Assembly: GCF_006345805.1 (NCBI RefSeq)
Contig: NC_043000.1
Coordinates: 149,730,001-149,794,000, forward strand
Reading direction: 5' to 3'
Source of the DNA: Octopus sinensis
Lineage: Eukaryota
DNA: 64,000 bases
Shown here: piece by piece, positions 35,851 to 47,874 of the stretch
How the letters are laid out: every line of letters begins with the position of its first letter
How positions within the stretch are numbered: the first letter of the stretch is position 1
Notes under the pieces: model-generated
Told to the model about the DNA's origin: nothing
What the model saw: only the letters and a program-made list of their open reading frames with translations
The model's database searches: none
Made by a program: the position numbers and the translations under genes

Positions 35851-36254
35851 GTGATGCCTGTGCCGGTGGCACATAAAAAGCACTATCCGAACGTGGCCGA
35901 TGCCAGCGCCGCCCCGACTGGCTTCTGTGCCGGTGGCACATAAAAAGCACCGTCCGAACGTTGCCAGCGCCGCTTTGGCTGGCTTCCGTGCTGCTGGCAC
36001 GTTAAAAGCTCCAACCGATCATGGCCAATGCCGGACCCCCCTCCCCTGGCACCTGTGCAGGTGGCACGTAAAAAGCACCCACTACACTCGCGGAGTGGTT
36101 GGCGTTAGGAAGGGCATCTAGCTGTAGAAACACTGCCAGATCAGACTGGAGCCTGGAGCAGCCCCTGGCTTCCCAGACCCCGGTCGAACCATCCAACCCA
36201 TGCTAGCGCGGAAAACGGACGTTAAACGATGATAATGATGATGATGATGATGAT
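35851..36254 (+). mobile_element. RTE LINE 3' UTR with four array units
   Basis: GTGCCGGTGGCACATAAAAAGCAC units, core, tail. Confidence 0.88.
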
Positions 36255-36333
36255 GTTATGCCCACTTTTGCATTACTTTTGGTATAACCCTCATATGTTT
36301 ATGTCTGACTACTGAATTTTAAATAATACTCAC

Positions 36334-36372
36334 ATCAGTTATATCTTTGGGTTCTTGTGTAATATCTTTTCC
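36334..36372 (-). CDS. CCDC13: CCDC13 coding exon (GKDITQEPKDITD), phase 0-0
   Basis: TTCTTTTCAG|GGA ... GAT|GTGAGT; 39 nt, fills the linker between two homologous exons. Confidence 0.7.
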
Positions 36373-36914
36373 CTGAAAAGAACAACATTTTTGTTACAAT
36401 AACAGAAAGATTACAACAGCAAAATTCTGGTTGAGGAAAATCACAAACTCTTAAAACACTTATTCATAGTTTTATGTATTTGGTTGTGTCAACAAAACAG
36501 GATCACTGATACCAGTTTCAGATAAAATATATAAGGAATATCCAACTAAAAGCCTCTGACCATTTCCTTGTCATTTATGCTTCCAATAGTTCTCTAACTT
36601 TATAGCATTATCTCGATAAGTACCTCATTTGTTCACAAGATAAGCTGTTTAACTAACATTCAATAGAGTGAAGCAGCCAAATTCAGCACAGTGTTTTCAA
36701 TGAGACAAAACTAAAAAAATGCCAAGAATATGAACAAACAAGAAGGAAAGGATTTTTACTGTATAATGTAGTCAGCAACATAGTCACTTGGCAAACAACT
36801 GGTATGTGGTTTGAGTCTCATTCGCAGGCCTGAAAATACTTTTTGATCTGTTGCAAACTGGTGTTTATAATGTCTATATCATATATTGGTTTCAAATTTT
36901 GATACGAGGTTAGC

Positions 36915-37346
36915 AATTTTGCAGGAAGAGTAAGTTGATTGCATCAAACTCAGACTTCAATTGCTACTTATTTTATCAACCCTAAAAGAATGAAAGACAA
37001 TGTTGACCTTGGCAGAATTTGAACACTGAATGTAAGAACAAATACTGCTAAGCTTTTTGTCTGGTGTGCTAACGATTTTGCCACCTTATCTATATCCTTA
37101 TAGATAAGGTGGCAAAATTGGTTTCAACTGGCCACCTTATCTATATCCTTATATTGGTTTCAATTTCATGGGAGGAGTTAAGTTGATTACATCAACTTCC
37201 AGTGCTCAACTGGTACTTACGTTATCAACCCTGAAAGGGTCAAAGACAAGTCAACCCCGGCTGATTTGAACTCAGAACATAAAGACAAATGAAATACCAC
37301 TAAGCATTTTGTCTGGCAGGCTAACGATTCTGCCAGCTTGCTAACC
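36915..37346 (-). mobile_element. Two degenerate SINE family B copies in tandem
   Basis: GAAAGAATGAAAG..GTTGACC..GAATTTGAAC blocks at ~36915-37090 and ~37170-37346. Confidence 0.65.
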
Positions 37347-37541
37347 TCATCTGGATCTTTTATATTAAAATCTTGTTTGTTACTTAATAATTTGCACAGA
37401 ACATTAAGTTTTAAAATTCTTTATTTCTTCCTCTTGTTTAGAGCCATTTGGCATCTTCAATTAGCATGTGGCTATGTCTGTGTACTTACTTGCTTGCCCT
37501 TAACAGAGATATATATAAATTATAAATAAATAAACATATAT

Positions 37542-37649
<108 letters not shown>

Positions 37650-38032
37650 TATAATTTAAAAATCAATAAAGTACAATAAATAGTAAATTTATTGTACTTT
37701 ATTGATTTTTAGAATAAGTTTTTTTTTATAGTATATGCTTTCTATATGGTGTGAAAAACATCTTTCATTATTGAATTGCTTAATAGAGGTTTTTTCTCTA
37801 AATTATATACATATATTATATATTGTGAAATTTGATTTAAAATTGCTAAATTGAATTTTTCCCTGTAAGTTTTGGAATTATATTCCCTACTATTATTTAT
37901 ATATATATATATATATAAACCCATGCTAGCATGGAAAGTAGATGATGATGATGATATATATATATATACCTTCAGTAAAAAAAATTCAAAAGAGAAGCAC
38001 ACTCTAAGTTATAGACCAGTAGGGTATATACA

Positions 38033-38647
38033 TAAAGATAGATATGGCTGGTCTATGGGGTTACCCTGGGTTTCACGTCCATAAAGCACTTAGCTTTACA
38101 GCATTTCTTCAGACCCTAAAAACTGTTGGCCTATGGCCTCTCTAGCAAGTGGCCTCTCAAGAAATTGGAGGAGGAAAAGACTTTGTTACTCTGTCAACAA
38201 GGGATTGTCTTCCTTTGACCACCATTAATTGACCATGTTGGTGTGTGGATCATAGGATGCCAGCAGGAATTTCCTGAAGTGCAAGCAGGGTCCAAAGACC
38301 TCCATCTTGGAGTTAAGGATGTTCCCCAGGTTGATGGAGTCCTTCAATATCCTCATCTATTCAACTATGCACAGTTTACAACATTTGGTCTCATTTTGTA
38401 GAGGCCTGGATTTTCTAGGATCTTCCATGATGTTATGGGTGGAATTCCATTGTCTTTCAGCTGCCATACATGGCTGGCTAAGGACATAGCATATCTCCTT
38501 TCAGGGATCCTGAAAGAGGATCTGTGGTTTGAGAGGCACTGTTTGAATGTGTTACTGGAACATCCAATGTATCTCCATGTGCAGGTGTCGGTGATACTGT
38601 TTCTGGTGATGTAGACATTGCTGCTATTGTTGTTGTTGTTGCCAGCT
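38033..38647 (-). mobile_element. Penelope-like element 3' end (GIY-YIG endonuclease plus 3' terminus), left arm
   Basis: WRYIGCSSNTFKQCLSNHRSSF...SLASHVWQLKD...WKIL...C; LNS..E...C.HFRKFLL. Confidence 0.85.
38057..38116 (-). ncRNA. Type I minimal hammerhead ribozyme motif (PLE-associated)
   Basis: GGGU-CUGAAGA-a-stem II (UAAAGC/GCUUUA core)-GAA-ACCCAGGGU-A-ACCC; GUA triplet, palindromic stem III. Confidence 0.6.
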
Positions 38648-38649
38648 TT

Positions 38650-39290
38650 AACAACACCAACACCAACACCAACAACACCAGCACCAACAACAAAGGTAGC
38701 AGCAGCATCTACATCAACAGAAAAAGAGTCAGCAACACCTGAAAATGGAGATACACTGGATGTTCCGGTAACATGTTCAAACAGTGCCTCTCCAACCACA
38801 GATCCTCTTTCAGGATCCCAGAAATGAGATATGCTATGTCCTTAGCCAGCCATGTATGGCAGCTGAGAGATGATGGAACTTCACACGTAATATCATGGAA
38901 AATCCAAGAAAATCTAGGCCCCTATATGAATGGGACCAAGTGTTATAAATTGAGCATAGCTGAACAGACAAGGGTATTAAAGAACTTCCTCGACCTGGGG
39001 AACATCCTTAACTCCAGGAGAGAAGTCTTCAGACCTTGCTTGCACTTCAGGAAATTCCTGCTGGCATCCTGGGATCCACACACCAATAGGGTCAATTAAT
39101 GGTGGTCAAAGGGAGACAATCGCTTGTTGTTGACTAATGAAGTCTTTTCTTCTTCCATTTGCTAGAGAGGCCACTTGTTAGGGAGGCCATAAGCCAACGG
39201 GTTTTAGGGTCTGAAGAAACACTGTGAAGTTAAGCACTTTGTGGACATGAAACCCAAGGTAACACCATAGACAAGCCATATCTATCTTTA
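38650..39290 (+). mobile_element. Penelope-like element 3' end, right arm (inverted relative to the left)
   Basis: Same GIY-YIG C-terminal protein and 3' terminus; ends in (TATC)n/(TA)n. Confidence 0.85.
39207..39265 (+). ncRNA. Degenerate hammerhead motif, right arm
   Basis: CUGAAGA and GAAA kept; mismatches in stems I, II and III. Confidence 0.45.
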
Positions 39291-39324
39291 TCTATCTATC
39301 TATCTATCTCTATCTATCTATCTG

Positions 39325-39369
<45 letters not shown>

Positions 39370-39378
39370 ATATATATA

Positions 39379-39433
<55 letters not shown>

Positions 39434-39445
39434 CATATATATACA
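39290..39445. repeat. (TATC)n/(TC)n/(TA)n microsatellite
   Basis: Direct reading. Confidence 0.95.
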
Positions 39446-39627
39446 GTTATCTACTTGTTTTGCAAAATTCTTGATGTAAAATCCAGTGGTGACACAGATA
39501 TTCTTATATTTAGGTATGTTTATTGTCAATAAATACTTGCACTATATATTTGATCTTACATCAAAATTACTATAAAATTTTAAATAATACATTAAAATTC
39601 AAGATAAATTAACATTCTCATAATTAC

Positions 39628-39767
39628 CTCCTGCTTCAGTACTTCATACTTTTTTGCCAAACATCTTGATTTTGTTTTCTCAACCTCCAGATCTGACACT
39701 GCCTTGCGCAGTTTTTTGGAGAGTTCAACAATTTTCATAGCTGCAGTATCGTTTGTAAATTCTGGCA
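39628..39767 (-). CDS. CCDC13: CCDC13 coding exon (PEFTNDTAAMKIVELSKK...KQE), phase 1-0
   Basis: TTGTAG|TG ... GAG|GTAATT; KIVELSKK motif. Confidence 0.9.
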
Positions 39768-39871
39768 CTACAAGTAAAATATTCTCTTGTAAATATAATT
39801 CTGATAGGTTTTTTTATTAGATTACTGCATCAATAAAAAGAAGTCTTGTCAAAGTAGAAGAGTAAATCAGT

Positions 39872-39874
<3 letters not shown>

Positions 39875-39902
<28 letters not shown>

Positions 39903-40150
39903 GAATATCATCATCATTTTTAATGTCCGCTTTTCCATGCTTGCACATGTCAATGGAATTTGTTGGGACAGACTTTCTACAGCTGGATGCCCTTCCTGTT
40001 GTCAACCCTCATCTGTTTCTAGGTAAGTAAGGTACTACTTCCTTGTGACTAGACATGTTTCCACAGAATACTGGAAATGAAAGATACCACTTGCATGACA
40101 GTGGCACTCATTTACAACTATCACACAATGTCAAGGAAATGAGACAGTAA
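39875..40150 (-). mobile_element. RTE-tail-related repeat (divergent subfamily)
   Basis: (CAT)n tail, CTACAGCTGGATGCCCTTCCTG core, different upstream part. Confidence 0.6.
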
Positions 40151-40182
40151 CACACAAACACACACATACACACACACACACG

Positions 40183-40243
<61 letters not shown>

Positions 40244-40449
40244 ACTTTAGTTTTACTACTAAAATTCCAGCCTGAACTGCAACTGAAAGTGTGGTGTTGA
40301 AACTGCCTACCACAGAAGGCTAGAAACGGTTTTTCCTTGAGCAGGTAGATGTAGATTAAAGTAAAAATAAAAAACAAAACGTTTGGCATCGCTTGAAAAG
40401 GACATTTAATTTAGATAGAGAATATAGACATACAGAGTCTCTTACATAA

Positions 40450-40583
40450 TGGGCTCCTTTCAGATTCTGTCTTCCAAATCTACTCACAAGGCTTTGGTAG
40501 AAGACTCTTACTCAAGATGCCTTGCAGTGGGACTGAACCTGAAACCATGTGGTTTGGAAGTAAACTTCTTACCACACAGCCAT
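40450..40583 (-). mobile_element. Old SINE family A head
   Basis: CAGTGGGACTGAACCTGAAACCATGTGG...CCACACAGCC. Confidence 0.65.
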
Positions 40584-40633
40584 TTTCTTTTGCTTTGTTT
40601 ATTACAAAAGAGTAAACTAATAAACCAACTTAC

Positions 40634-40739
40634 ATTTTATGCTGTCACTCTGTGTTGAAAGTCCTTTCTGAAGTTGTCGTATTTCAAATTCTTTTTCCCT
40701 CAGCAATTGACTGAGCCTCCCATTTTCATCTTTCAAACC
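40634..40739 (-). CDS. CCDC13: CCDC13 coding exon (GLKDENGRLSQLLREKEFEIRQLQK...SIK), phase 0-1
   Basis: TTCTTAG|GGT ... AAAT|GTAAGT; conserved DENGRL..LL.E..FEI motif. Confidence 0.88.
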
Positions 40740-41149
40740 CTAAGAATAAAGATAAAAATAAATAAATGCATATGCATTCATTTAAGTTTTTTTTAAAAAA
40801 CCTTTATAATCTGAGGCATATTTGTGGAAGGAGGGCCTTGAACCTCATGGCGAGGGTGACAAAGGATTAGGATGACTGTCGGTATGCAGTTCATCAAAAG
40901 ACTCACACATCACTTTTCAACACAACACTTGTATGTCATGTTTAACAGTAGCAATCTGGAAAGCCACAGGTTGTGTTTATCTGACTGAAGGTTTTTGGTA
41001 AATATAAACTCCAATACTGGTAAAACACTGACTTTCCAGGCACTGATGGTCTGAAATCTCTTATAATCCACTCTAATTTACAAGCAGGAACTTCAGTTTT
41101 CCACAGCCACCAGACTAGTTTACTGGTACCTTACAAGGACCGGTGCTTT

Positions 41150-41470
41150 ACACAGTACAGCATTAGTAAACTTGTATCATCTATTCTCTCCCATTGAAGA
41201 TGACATATGTGTTCAGTTCCTTTGCTGAATGACCTGCACAATGATTTGTTTATAGTGATCAAACTTTTGTGCTGCATGTTAGCTCACTCTCTCCATCATA
41301 TTGATGTTGTCTGAACAGGAGCATAGTGTACCACGCATCGAGTATCAAAGAGATCAGAGAACAACGTGAGATGAAGTGTTCTGCTCAAGAACACAAAGCA
41401 TCACCTGGTCTAGGAATTGAAACCACAATCTTGTGATTGTGCATGCAGTGTTCTAACCACTAGGCCATAT
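41150..41470 (-). mobile_element. Old tRNA/CORE SINE (family D-like)
   Basis: TGCTCAAGAACACAA, GAATTGAAACC, CTAACCACTAGGCCA. Confidence 0.6.
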
Positions 41471-41620
41471 GTACCAGTATCTGTATTTCATTTAATTATT
41501 TAACCTTTTAGCATTCAAACCGTCCATATCTGGCTTAAATATTTTATCTGTTTCTTTGTTCAAACTGACTAGATCCAGCCTCTCACACCTACCCTACATT
41601 GTCATTCTAAGAATAAAACA

Positions 41621-41963
41621 ATCATCATCAAAATCGTTTAACGTCTGCTTTCCATGCTAGCATGGGTTGGATTATTTGAATGAGGTCTGGTGAGCCAGAT
41701 GGCTGCACCAGGCTCCAATCTGATCTGGCAGAGTTTCTACAGCTGGATGCCCTTCCTGTCACCAACCACTCCAAGAGTGTAGTGGATGCTTTTATGTGCC
41801 ACCAGCATGAGGGCCAGTCAGGTGGTACTGGCAGCGGCCAAGCTCAAATGGTGCTTTTTATGTGCCACCCGCACAGGAGCCAGTCCAGCGGCACTGGCAA
41901 CAACCTCGCTCGAATGTTTTTTCACGTGCCACCAGCACCAGTGCCAGTAAGGCGACGCAATCA
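41621..41963 (-). mobile_element. RTE LINE 3' UTR fragment
   Basis: Tail, core, three units. Confidence 0.85.
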
Positions 41964-42321
41964 TTGAAATCTCAAAGCTGCAAGATAATTCATAGTTAAT
42001 TCAAAACAATGTGAATAAGTAAGCCCTAAATTTGATAAGAGTAATGTGAATGCTAAAGTGTTAAGTAAATTTAATATTTGTTTATTGTAGTGTGACCATT
42101 GCTGGCTCAAAAAAATTTGTATTCTGGAATAGCTTTGGAACCAAACGCTCTGGAAAATCAATGCTGTGCCTTATTGTAAATTAAAAATTCTTGGCAACAC
42201 CTATCCACTATCATTCCTACCTGAAGCAAATTCTATTCTCTTAAAGTACTATGTCTCCCCCTCACTCCAAGATATCTGAAGTTTATCACCACTGTAACAA
42301 ATTATACATGTAACTACTTAC

Positions 42322-42393
42322 TCGTATTTGATTCTTGTTGACTGAAGGTGAGTCAGTATTTTTCGATACACTGGAGTCAGTCAAATCAAGCAC
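42322..42393 (-). CDS. CCDC13: CCDC13 coding exon (VLDLTDSSVSKNTDSPSVNKNQIR), phase 0-0
   Basis: TTTTAAAG|GTG ... CGA|GTAAGT; 72 nt open and in frame with the next exon. Confidence 0.7.
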
Positions 42394-42474
42394 CTTTAAA
42401 ATAATTATATATAGCATATTGAACAAATGATAAAGCAAGACATTATGGCAAAAATACACATATATATATATATA

Positions 42475-42705
42475 TTTCTTTACTACCCACAAGGGGCTAA
42501 ACATAGAGGGGACAAACAAGGACAGACAAAGGGATTAAATCAATTACATAGACCCCAGTGTGAAACTCGTACTTTATTTATCGACCCAGAAAGGATGAAA
42601 GGCAAAGTCGACCTCGGCGGAATTTGAACTCAGAACGTAACGGCAGACGAAATACAGCTACGCATTTCGCTCGGTGTGCTAACGTTTCTGCCAGCTCGCC
42701 GCCTT
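42475..42705 (-). mobile_element. SINE family B
   Basis: Full match. Confidence 0.87.
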
Positions 42706-42778
42706 ATATACACATATATATTCAGACATGCATACACACATACACATACCTAAATGCATACACATACATATGCTTAAG

Positions 42779-42809
<31 letters not shown>

Positions 42810-43219
42810 GCACATACATACATGTATTAAAACATTATTAACATAAAAATTAAAATAGCTTGCAACTATACTCAAAAACTTTGCCCTTTTACAAACCAAT
42901 GAGAAAGCCTCTGTTTGGTAGCCCCTACCTTAAATAGCAGCCAAATCATATTTTGCTGTTTTAAGAATACGAAGGGCACATTGCATAAAGTTATCTTTAG
43001 ATACACTATCTGAAACGAATGACAGTATAATCACATCTGAGGTACTTCTCCCCATAGGTCAGACTGCCATATCAAGAATGATCTGGCGCTAAATAACAGC
43101 GAAAGCAAGTATGTTCTCTTATTTCAAGGCCAATCCACTTACGCAGACCGGATCTCTGTCATTCACTAAACAACAAACAAACTGTGTAATTCCTCTTGAT
43201 AGTTTAGAGGATATTTCAT

Positions 43220-43700
43220 GATCATCATCATCATCATTTCACATTTGTTTTCCATGCTGGCATGGGTTAGATGGTTTCACTAGAACTGGTACATCAGAGA
43301 GATGCACCAGACCCCAGTCTGTTTTGGCTTGGTTTCTAGGACTGGATGCCCTTCCTAACGCCAAGCACTCTACAGAATGTACAGGTTGTCTTTTACATGT
43401 CACCAACATGGGTGCCTTTTACATGTCACCAGCACTGACCACAACCACAATTTCACTTAGCTTGACCATATCTTCTCAAGCACAACAAATCACCAGAAGT
43501 TCCAGTCACTTGTCATTGCATCCCTGAAGCTCAACAATCCAAAGATCCCCTTGTCTCACATCTTCCTGAGTCTACCTCTTCCATATGTTGTCTCCACAAT
43601 AAGAGATTGGAACTTCTTTATACAGCTGTCCTTGTCCCTATGCATCATATGAACATACCAGCACAGTCTTCTCTCTTGCACACCACATCTGATGTGTATT
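43220..43700 (-). mobile_element. Old RTE 3' end including last ORF2 codons
   Basis: Tail, core, then degenerate WYGH-region sequence. Confidence 0.65.
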
Positions 43701-43944
43701 ATAATTTGTTACTTACACGATTCCAGCTCTGATTTATTCGTCAGGTATTTAAATATGGAGAGAAGTTATTCTAAACATGAATACATATTAGGTTGTAAAA
43801 TTACCTAATTAAAATCTATTCCCATTCTTCAACTTAACATCTAAAATTATAGCAAATGGCTTTTTTCACTACTACTACCACTACTCCCAATACCACCACC
43901 ACCACAACCACTGCTACTATAGATGTTGTTTCTGTTCTACTATT

Positions 43945-44150
43945 CATCATCATCATCATCATCATTTAATGTTCTCCTTCCATGTTGGCATGTGTTGGAT
44001 GGTTTAACAGGAGATGGCAAGTCAAAAGACTGCACCAGGCTCTGCTGTCTGCTTTGGTATGGTGCCTATGGCTGGACACCCTTCCTAATTCCAACCACTT
44101 TACAGAGTGTACTGGGTGCCTTTCAAGTGGTAGGTACCAATAACTTGCAA
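43945..44150 (-). mobile_element. Old RTE 3' UTR fragment
   Basis: Tail and degenerate core. Confidence 0.6.
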
Positions 44151-44530
44151 GACAAAATCCTTCAAATGAGGGCTGTAGTATTGAGGGAGATGGCCTTGTG
44201 CCAGGGGTTGAGAGGTTAAAGCATAAATAGGACAGAAATGGGTGTTTTCCAGGAGATATGTGGCTATGTTCATTAGAAACAGAAAGAAGAGAGAGAGGGA
44301 GAGGTGGGAAAGGAGAGGAACTAAAGAGGGAATGGAGAGTGAGTAGGGTGAGAGGAGATAGTAAAGAGGATGAAGATGTGGTTGTGGGTACACAGAAGTT
44401 ACAAGGAGAAAATATTTGTAAACAGATTATGTAAACATGTTACTTTTTAGGGTTAAAAAGAAAAGGAAGGATTAATTGATCAAAATACACACATACAGAT
44501 GCCTGTGCTTTTCAAAGATGTTCTTACAGC

Positions 44531-45433
44531 AAAGTAAACATAACAAATACCTCCAAGTTTAGGTTATCATTGACCCCAAAAGTGTTTGAGAATTCCATTT
44601 TCCTTAAATTCTTCTTTTCCCTTTCCACCGAATCGTTATGGTTGGCTACTTCCTAAAATCAGAATGCAAGATATACAGATTATTTTAACCACCATCTTTC
44701 CAGGTTGGTGTGGATTAGGTATATTTGTAGTAAAACATATTAATATAGTGCTTAATTTGGAAACAGTGACCTGGCAGAATCATTAGTATACCAGGCAAAA
44801 GGTTTAGTGGCATTTTATCCATCTTTATGCTCTGAGTTAAAATTCTACTGAGATCAACTTTGCCTTTCATCCTTTTGGTGTTCTATAAAATAAGAACCAT
44901 AAAATAAGAACCAGGTGAGTGCTGTGGTCAATCTAATCAACTTATCCTCTTCCCCAAAATTGCTGGTCTAGTGCCAAAATTCGAAACCAATATAGTTCTT
45001 AATCTGGTGTCATGTTATGTACGAGGTTATAGTGAATGTATCATGCTGCTATATTCACAGGATGCCAGAGACATGAATGTAAGTCAACAGGTGTGCAGCC
45101 AGAGTTTGACAGCCAAGTATCCCGTCAGATCAGCTAGCTACAATGTTGTCCTATATCATCATGTGCTGGACCAAACACTAATGCAACTAATTTTTTAACA
45201 AGAAGAAACAGCATCAACTCATATAGACATTTCTTTTTTTTTTAACCCATATAATTATATATCAATTTATTCATATACTCAGATAAACTGGCATCTATAG
45301 CTGAACTTACATCATTACTTTTCTATTTATACAACATCAGACTCATGCTGTATTAATGAGCAATGCAGTTGCAGTTAAGAAGAGTTAGATAGAGAAGGTT
45401 ACCACTTGGGCATTGGTGACAGTGTTTGTCACT
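44531..45433 (+). repeat. Local direct duplication, copy 1 (contains a degenerate SINE B)
   Basis: Colinear with 48131-49345, roughly 90-95% identical by eye. Confidence 0.92.
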
Positions 45434-45720
45434 GTGGGATGACGTCATGTGGGATGATGTCAGCAGCTGGGGAGCTGACCGGAAGGGGCAGCAGTGACAC
45501 GCGCGCAGCGAATGCAGGATTCTGCCTTTTCAAGTCAGGTCGCCGAGCAGGTAAGATGGGTCAGCAGGTTGTTAAGGTTTGGGAGAAGCAGCTGCTATCT
45601 CTAGAGTTCAGGTCGGGCTGTGTTGAAGAATCCATTACCGCTGAAGGGTCTCCATCTGAGCGAAGAGAAGGTAGGTTCCTTTATTTCGAATGTCTTACAT
45701 ACACCACAGTCACTCAAGCC
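45434..45720 (+). mobile_element. Tx1-like LINE 5' region fragment
   Basis: Homologous to the reverse complement of ~54050-54300. Confidence 0.65.
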
Positions 45721-46156
45721 ACCCAATCCAGAGTGACAGGGCCTGTCAACACAGCACCAAGATCAACAGGATCAAAAGGCCTTCATGAGCCATAAGCTCA
45801 TAAAGCTGGTTTCCCACATTTTAAATTGTATATATTCCCACTGGACAGGAGGCTAGTCATGAGTGCAGCACCCTATTCGCTAAGTGATGCATCTCCACTA
45901 AAAAGGATCAAAGGTTCTCCTTTTGTTGGATTTAAAAATTAAAATATGTCACATATGAAAACAAAAAACATTTTTGTTTTCAATAAATAGCAAAATATCA
46001 CAAAAATATTACACAGTTAATTCAAGCAAGTACTTTTTGGGCAACCAGTGAAGTTCAGTGTGGAAGAGCAACTGATGAAATTCTTCATTGTTTTGTTGGC
46101 ACAACTGACCAAATAATTTGCCGTGGGAATTGTTTCTGATTTTGTTAATTGCTGTA

Positions 46157-46478
46157 CATCATCATCATCATCATCATCGTTTAACGTCCGTTCTCCATGC
46201 TAGCATGGGTTGGATGGTTCGACTGGGGTCTGGAAGCCAGGAGGCTGCACCAGGCCCAGTCTGATCTGGCAGTGTTTTTACAGCTGGATGCCCTTCCTAA
46301 CGCCAACCACTCCGTGAGTGTAGTGGGTGCTTTTTATGTGCCACCGGCACAGGTGCCAGGCGAGGCTGGCAATGCCACAATCAGTTGGTGCTTTTTACGT
46401 GCCACCAGCATGGAGGCACATTCGAGGCAGCGCTGGCAATGGCCACATTCAGATTGTTCTTTTATGTGCCACCGGCAA
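46157..46478 (-). mobile_element. RTE LINE 3' UTR fragment
   Basis: Tail, core, three units. Confidence 0.87.
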
Positions 46479-47456
46479 CTGCAATTTCCATTGATTTTTG
46501 ATCGATTTCGATAAAATCTTTAATGCAAACAACAATTAAGGTTGCTTGCAGCTTATGTTGTTGATGAACCATACAATGCCTATCTAACACATTTGGTATT
46601 GCTCTTTTCTAAATGTGCCATGAATCAGTGGTAGTAGCCCATCAGCAGAGCTCCTCCAGTTGCAGCTATCATTATATTTGTAAGAGAAATCTCTTTTTCT
46701 TCACAAATGACTCTTTCATAAGAAATAGCAACTCTCCTTTAGTGTCTCTCCTCAAATGTCTGGCAAATAATAACTATTGACTTGGTTTCTTTTTTAAAGT
46801 GAATGTGTGGTAATGTTAAATCTTCATTCTTCTACTTGTATAAAAAGTTACATGTTGTTTCTTCATCCCCCTTGCTCTCTTTGTCGATTCATTATAGTAT
46901 TGTATTATTTCTCAAAGGAACCTTATATCAGTTGCTGGTTTAAGCAACATAGTATGTACAAAAAATCACTAACAGACACTTGGATCAATACTTCTCCAAG
47001 AAAAACACTTTTCTGAATTTGGCAATCAGCAGCAAAATTCTACTTTATAAGAGGCCAATAGTATGAATGAAGGCATGTATGAGAACAATAGTCTGTTGGC
47101 AGAATTAGTCTTGAAGTGCTTTAAAATAGCATAAATCTTTAGTTGATTTAGCGACATGATTTTTTTCATAGTTTCAGACACCTCTGGATAAATCAGGCAC
47201 ACTAGTCATAAGCTTGTTTGCTAATGATGGAATAGACCCATATCTTGAATGTTTGATACTGTACTGCCAAGATTTCTCTTTAGGTTCTACAATGTTATAT
47301 CTATAAAATACGACAGTCAGTCAGAATGTAATACAATTTCTATTTACATTACATTTTGACTCACCTTCGTATTTATGGCAGTTAGTCAAAAAGTAATGCA
47401 CACACACACACACACACACACATACACACACATATATATATACATATAAAGGCATT

Positions 47457-47874
47457 TACTCTCTTTACTCTCTCTTTTACTTGTTTCAGTCATTTGACTG
47501 CGGCCATGCTGGAGCACCGCCTTTAATCGAGCAACTCGACCCCGGGACTTATTCTTTTTTGTAAGCCCAGTATTTATTCTATCGGTCTCTTTTGACGAAC
47601 TGCTAAGTAACGGGGACATAAGCACACCAGCATCGGTTGTCAAGCAATGCTAGCGGGACAAACACAGACACACAAACACACACACGCATATATATATATA
47701 CATACATATATACGACGGGCTTCTTTCAGTTTCCGTCAACCAAATCCACTCACAAGGCCTTGGTCGGCCCGAGGCTATAGTAGAAGACACTTGCCCAAGG
47801 TGCCATGCAGTGGGACTGAACCCGGAACCATGTGGTTGGTAAACAAGCTACTTACCACACAGCCACTCCTGCGC
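47457..47874 (-). mobile_element. SINE family A
   Basis: Full match. Confidence 0.9.

Noticed and set aside
35851-36090. CRISPR-like repeat-spacer appearance of the GGCACRTAAAAAGCACC units
   Set aside because: Eukaryotic context, no cas genes, spacers are related to each other, and the array is part of a LINE 3' UTR.
37712-37915. AT-rich ORF remnant (REKFNLAILNQ...) vaguely like a Penelope C-terminus
   Set aside because: Too degenerate to support; catalytic and Cys motifs not recognisable.
43143-43165. 23-nt segment with good splice signals (GTTTAG|...TGC|GTAAGT)
   Set aside because: Not a multiple of 3; with the candidate upstream exons it gives no ATG-initiated frame. At most a poison or cryptic exon.
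43718-43771. 54-nt segment with AG/GTAAGT borders
   Set aside because: Stops in all three frames and no ATG; no homology.
45406-45795. 129-aa ORF MGIGDSVCHC...
   Set aside because: Chimera of the duplication end and a LINE leader fragment; the homologue at 54050-54300 does not keep this frame.
47355-47400. Donor-like GGTGAGT on the minus strand
   Set aside because: Lies in TACGAAGGTGAGTCAAAA, which resembles a mariner TIR remnant; no acceptor or open frame upstream.
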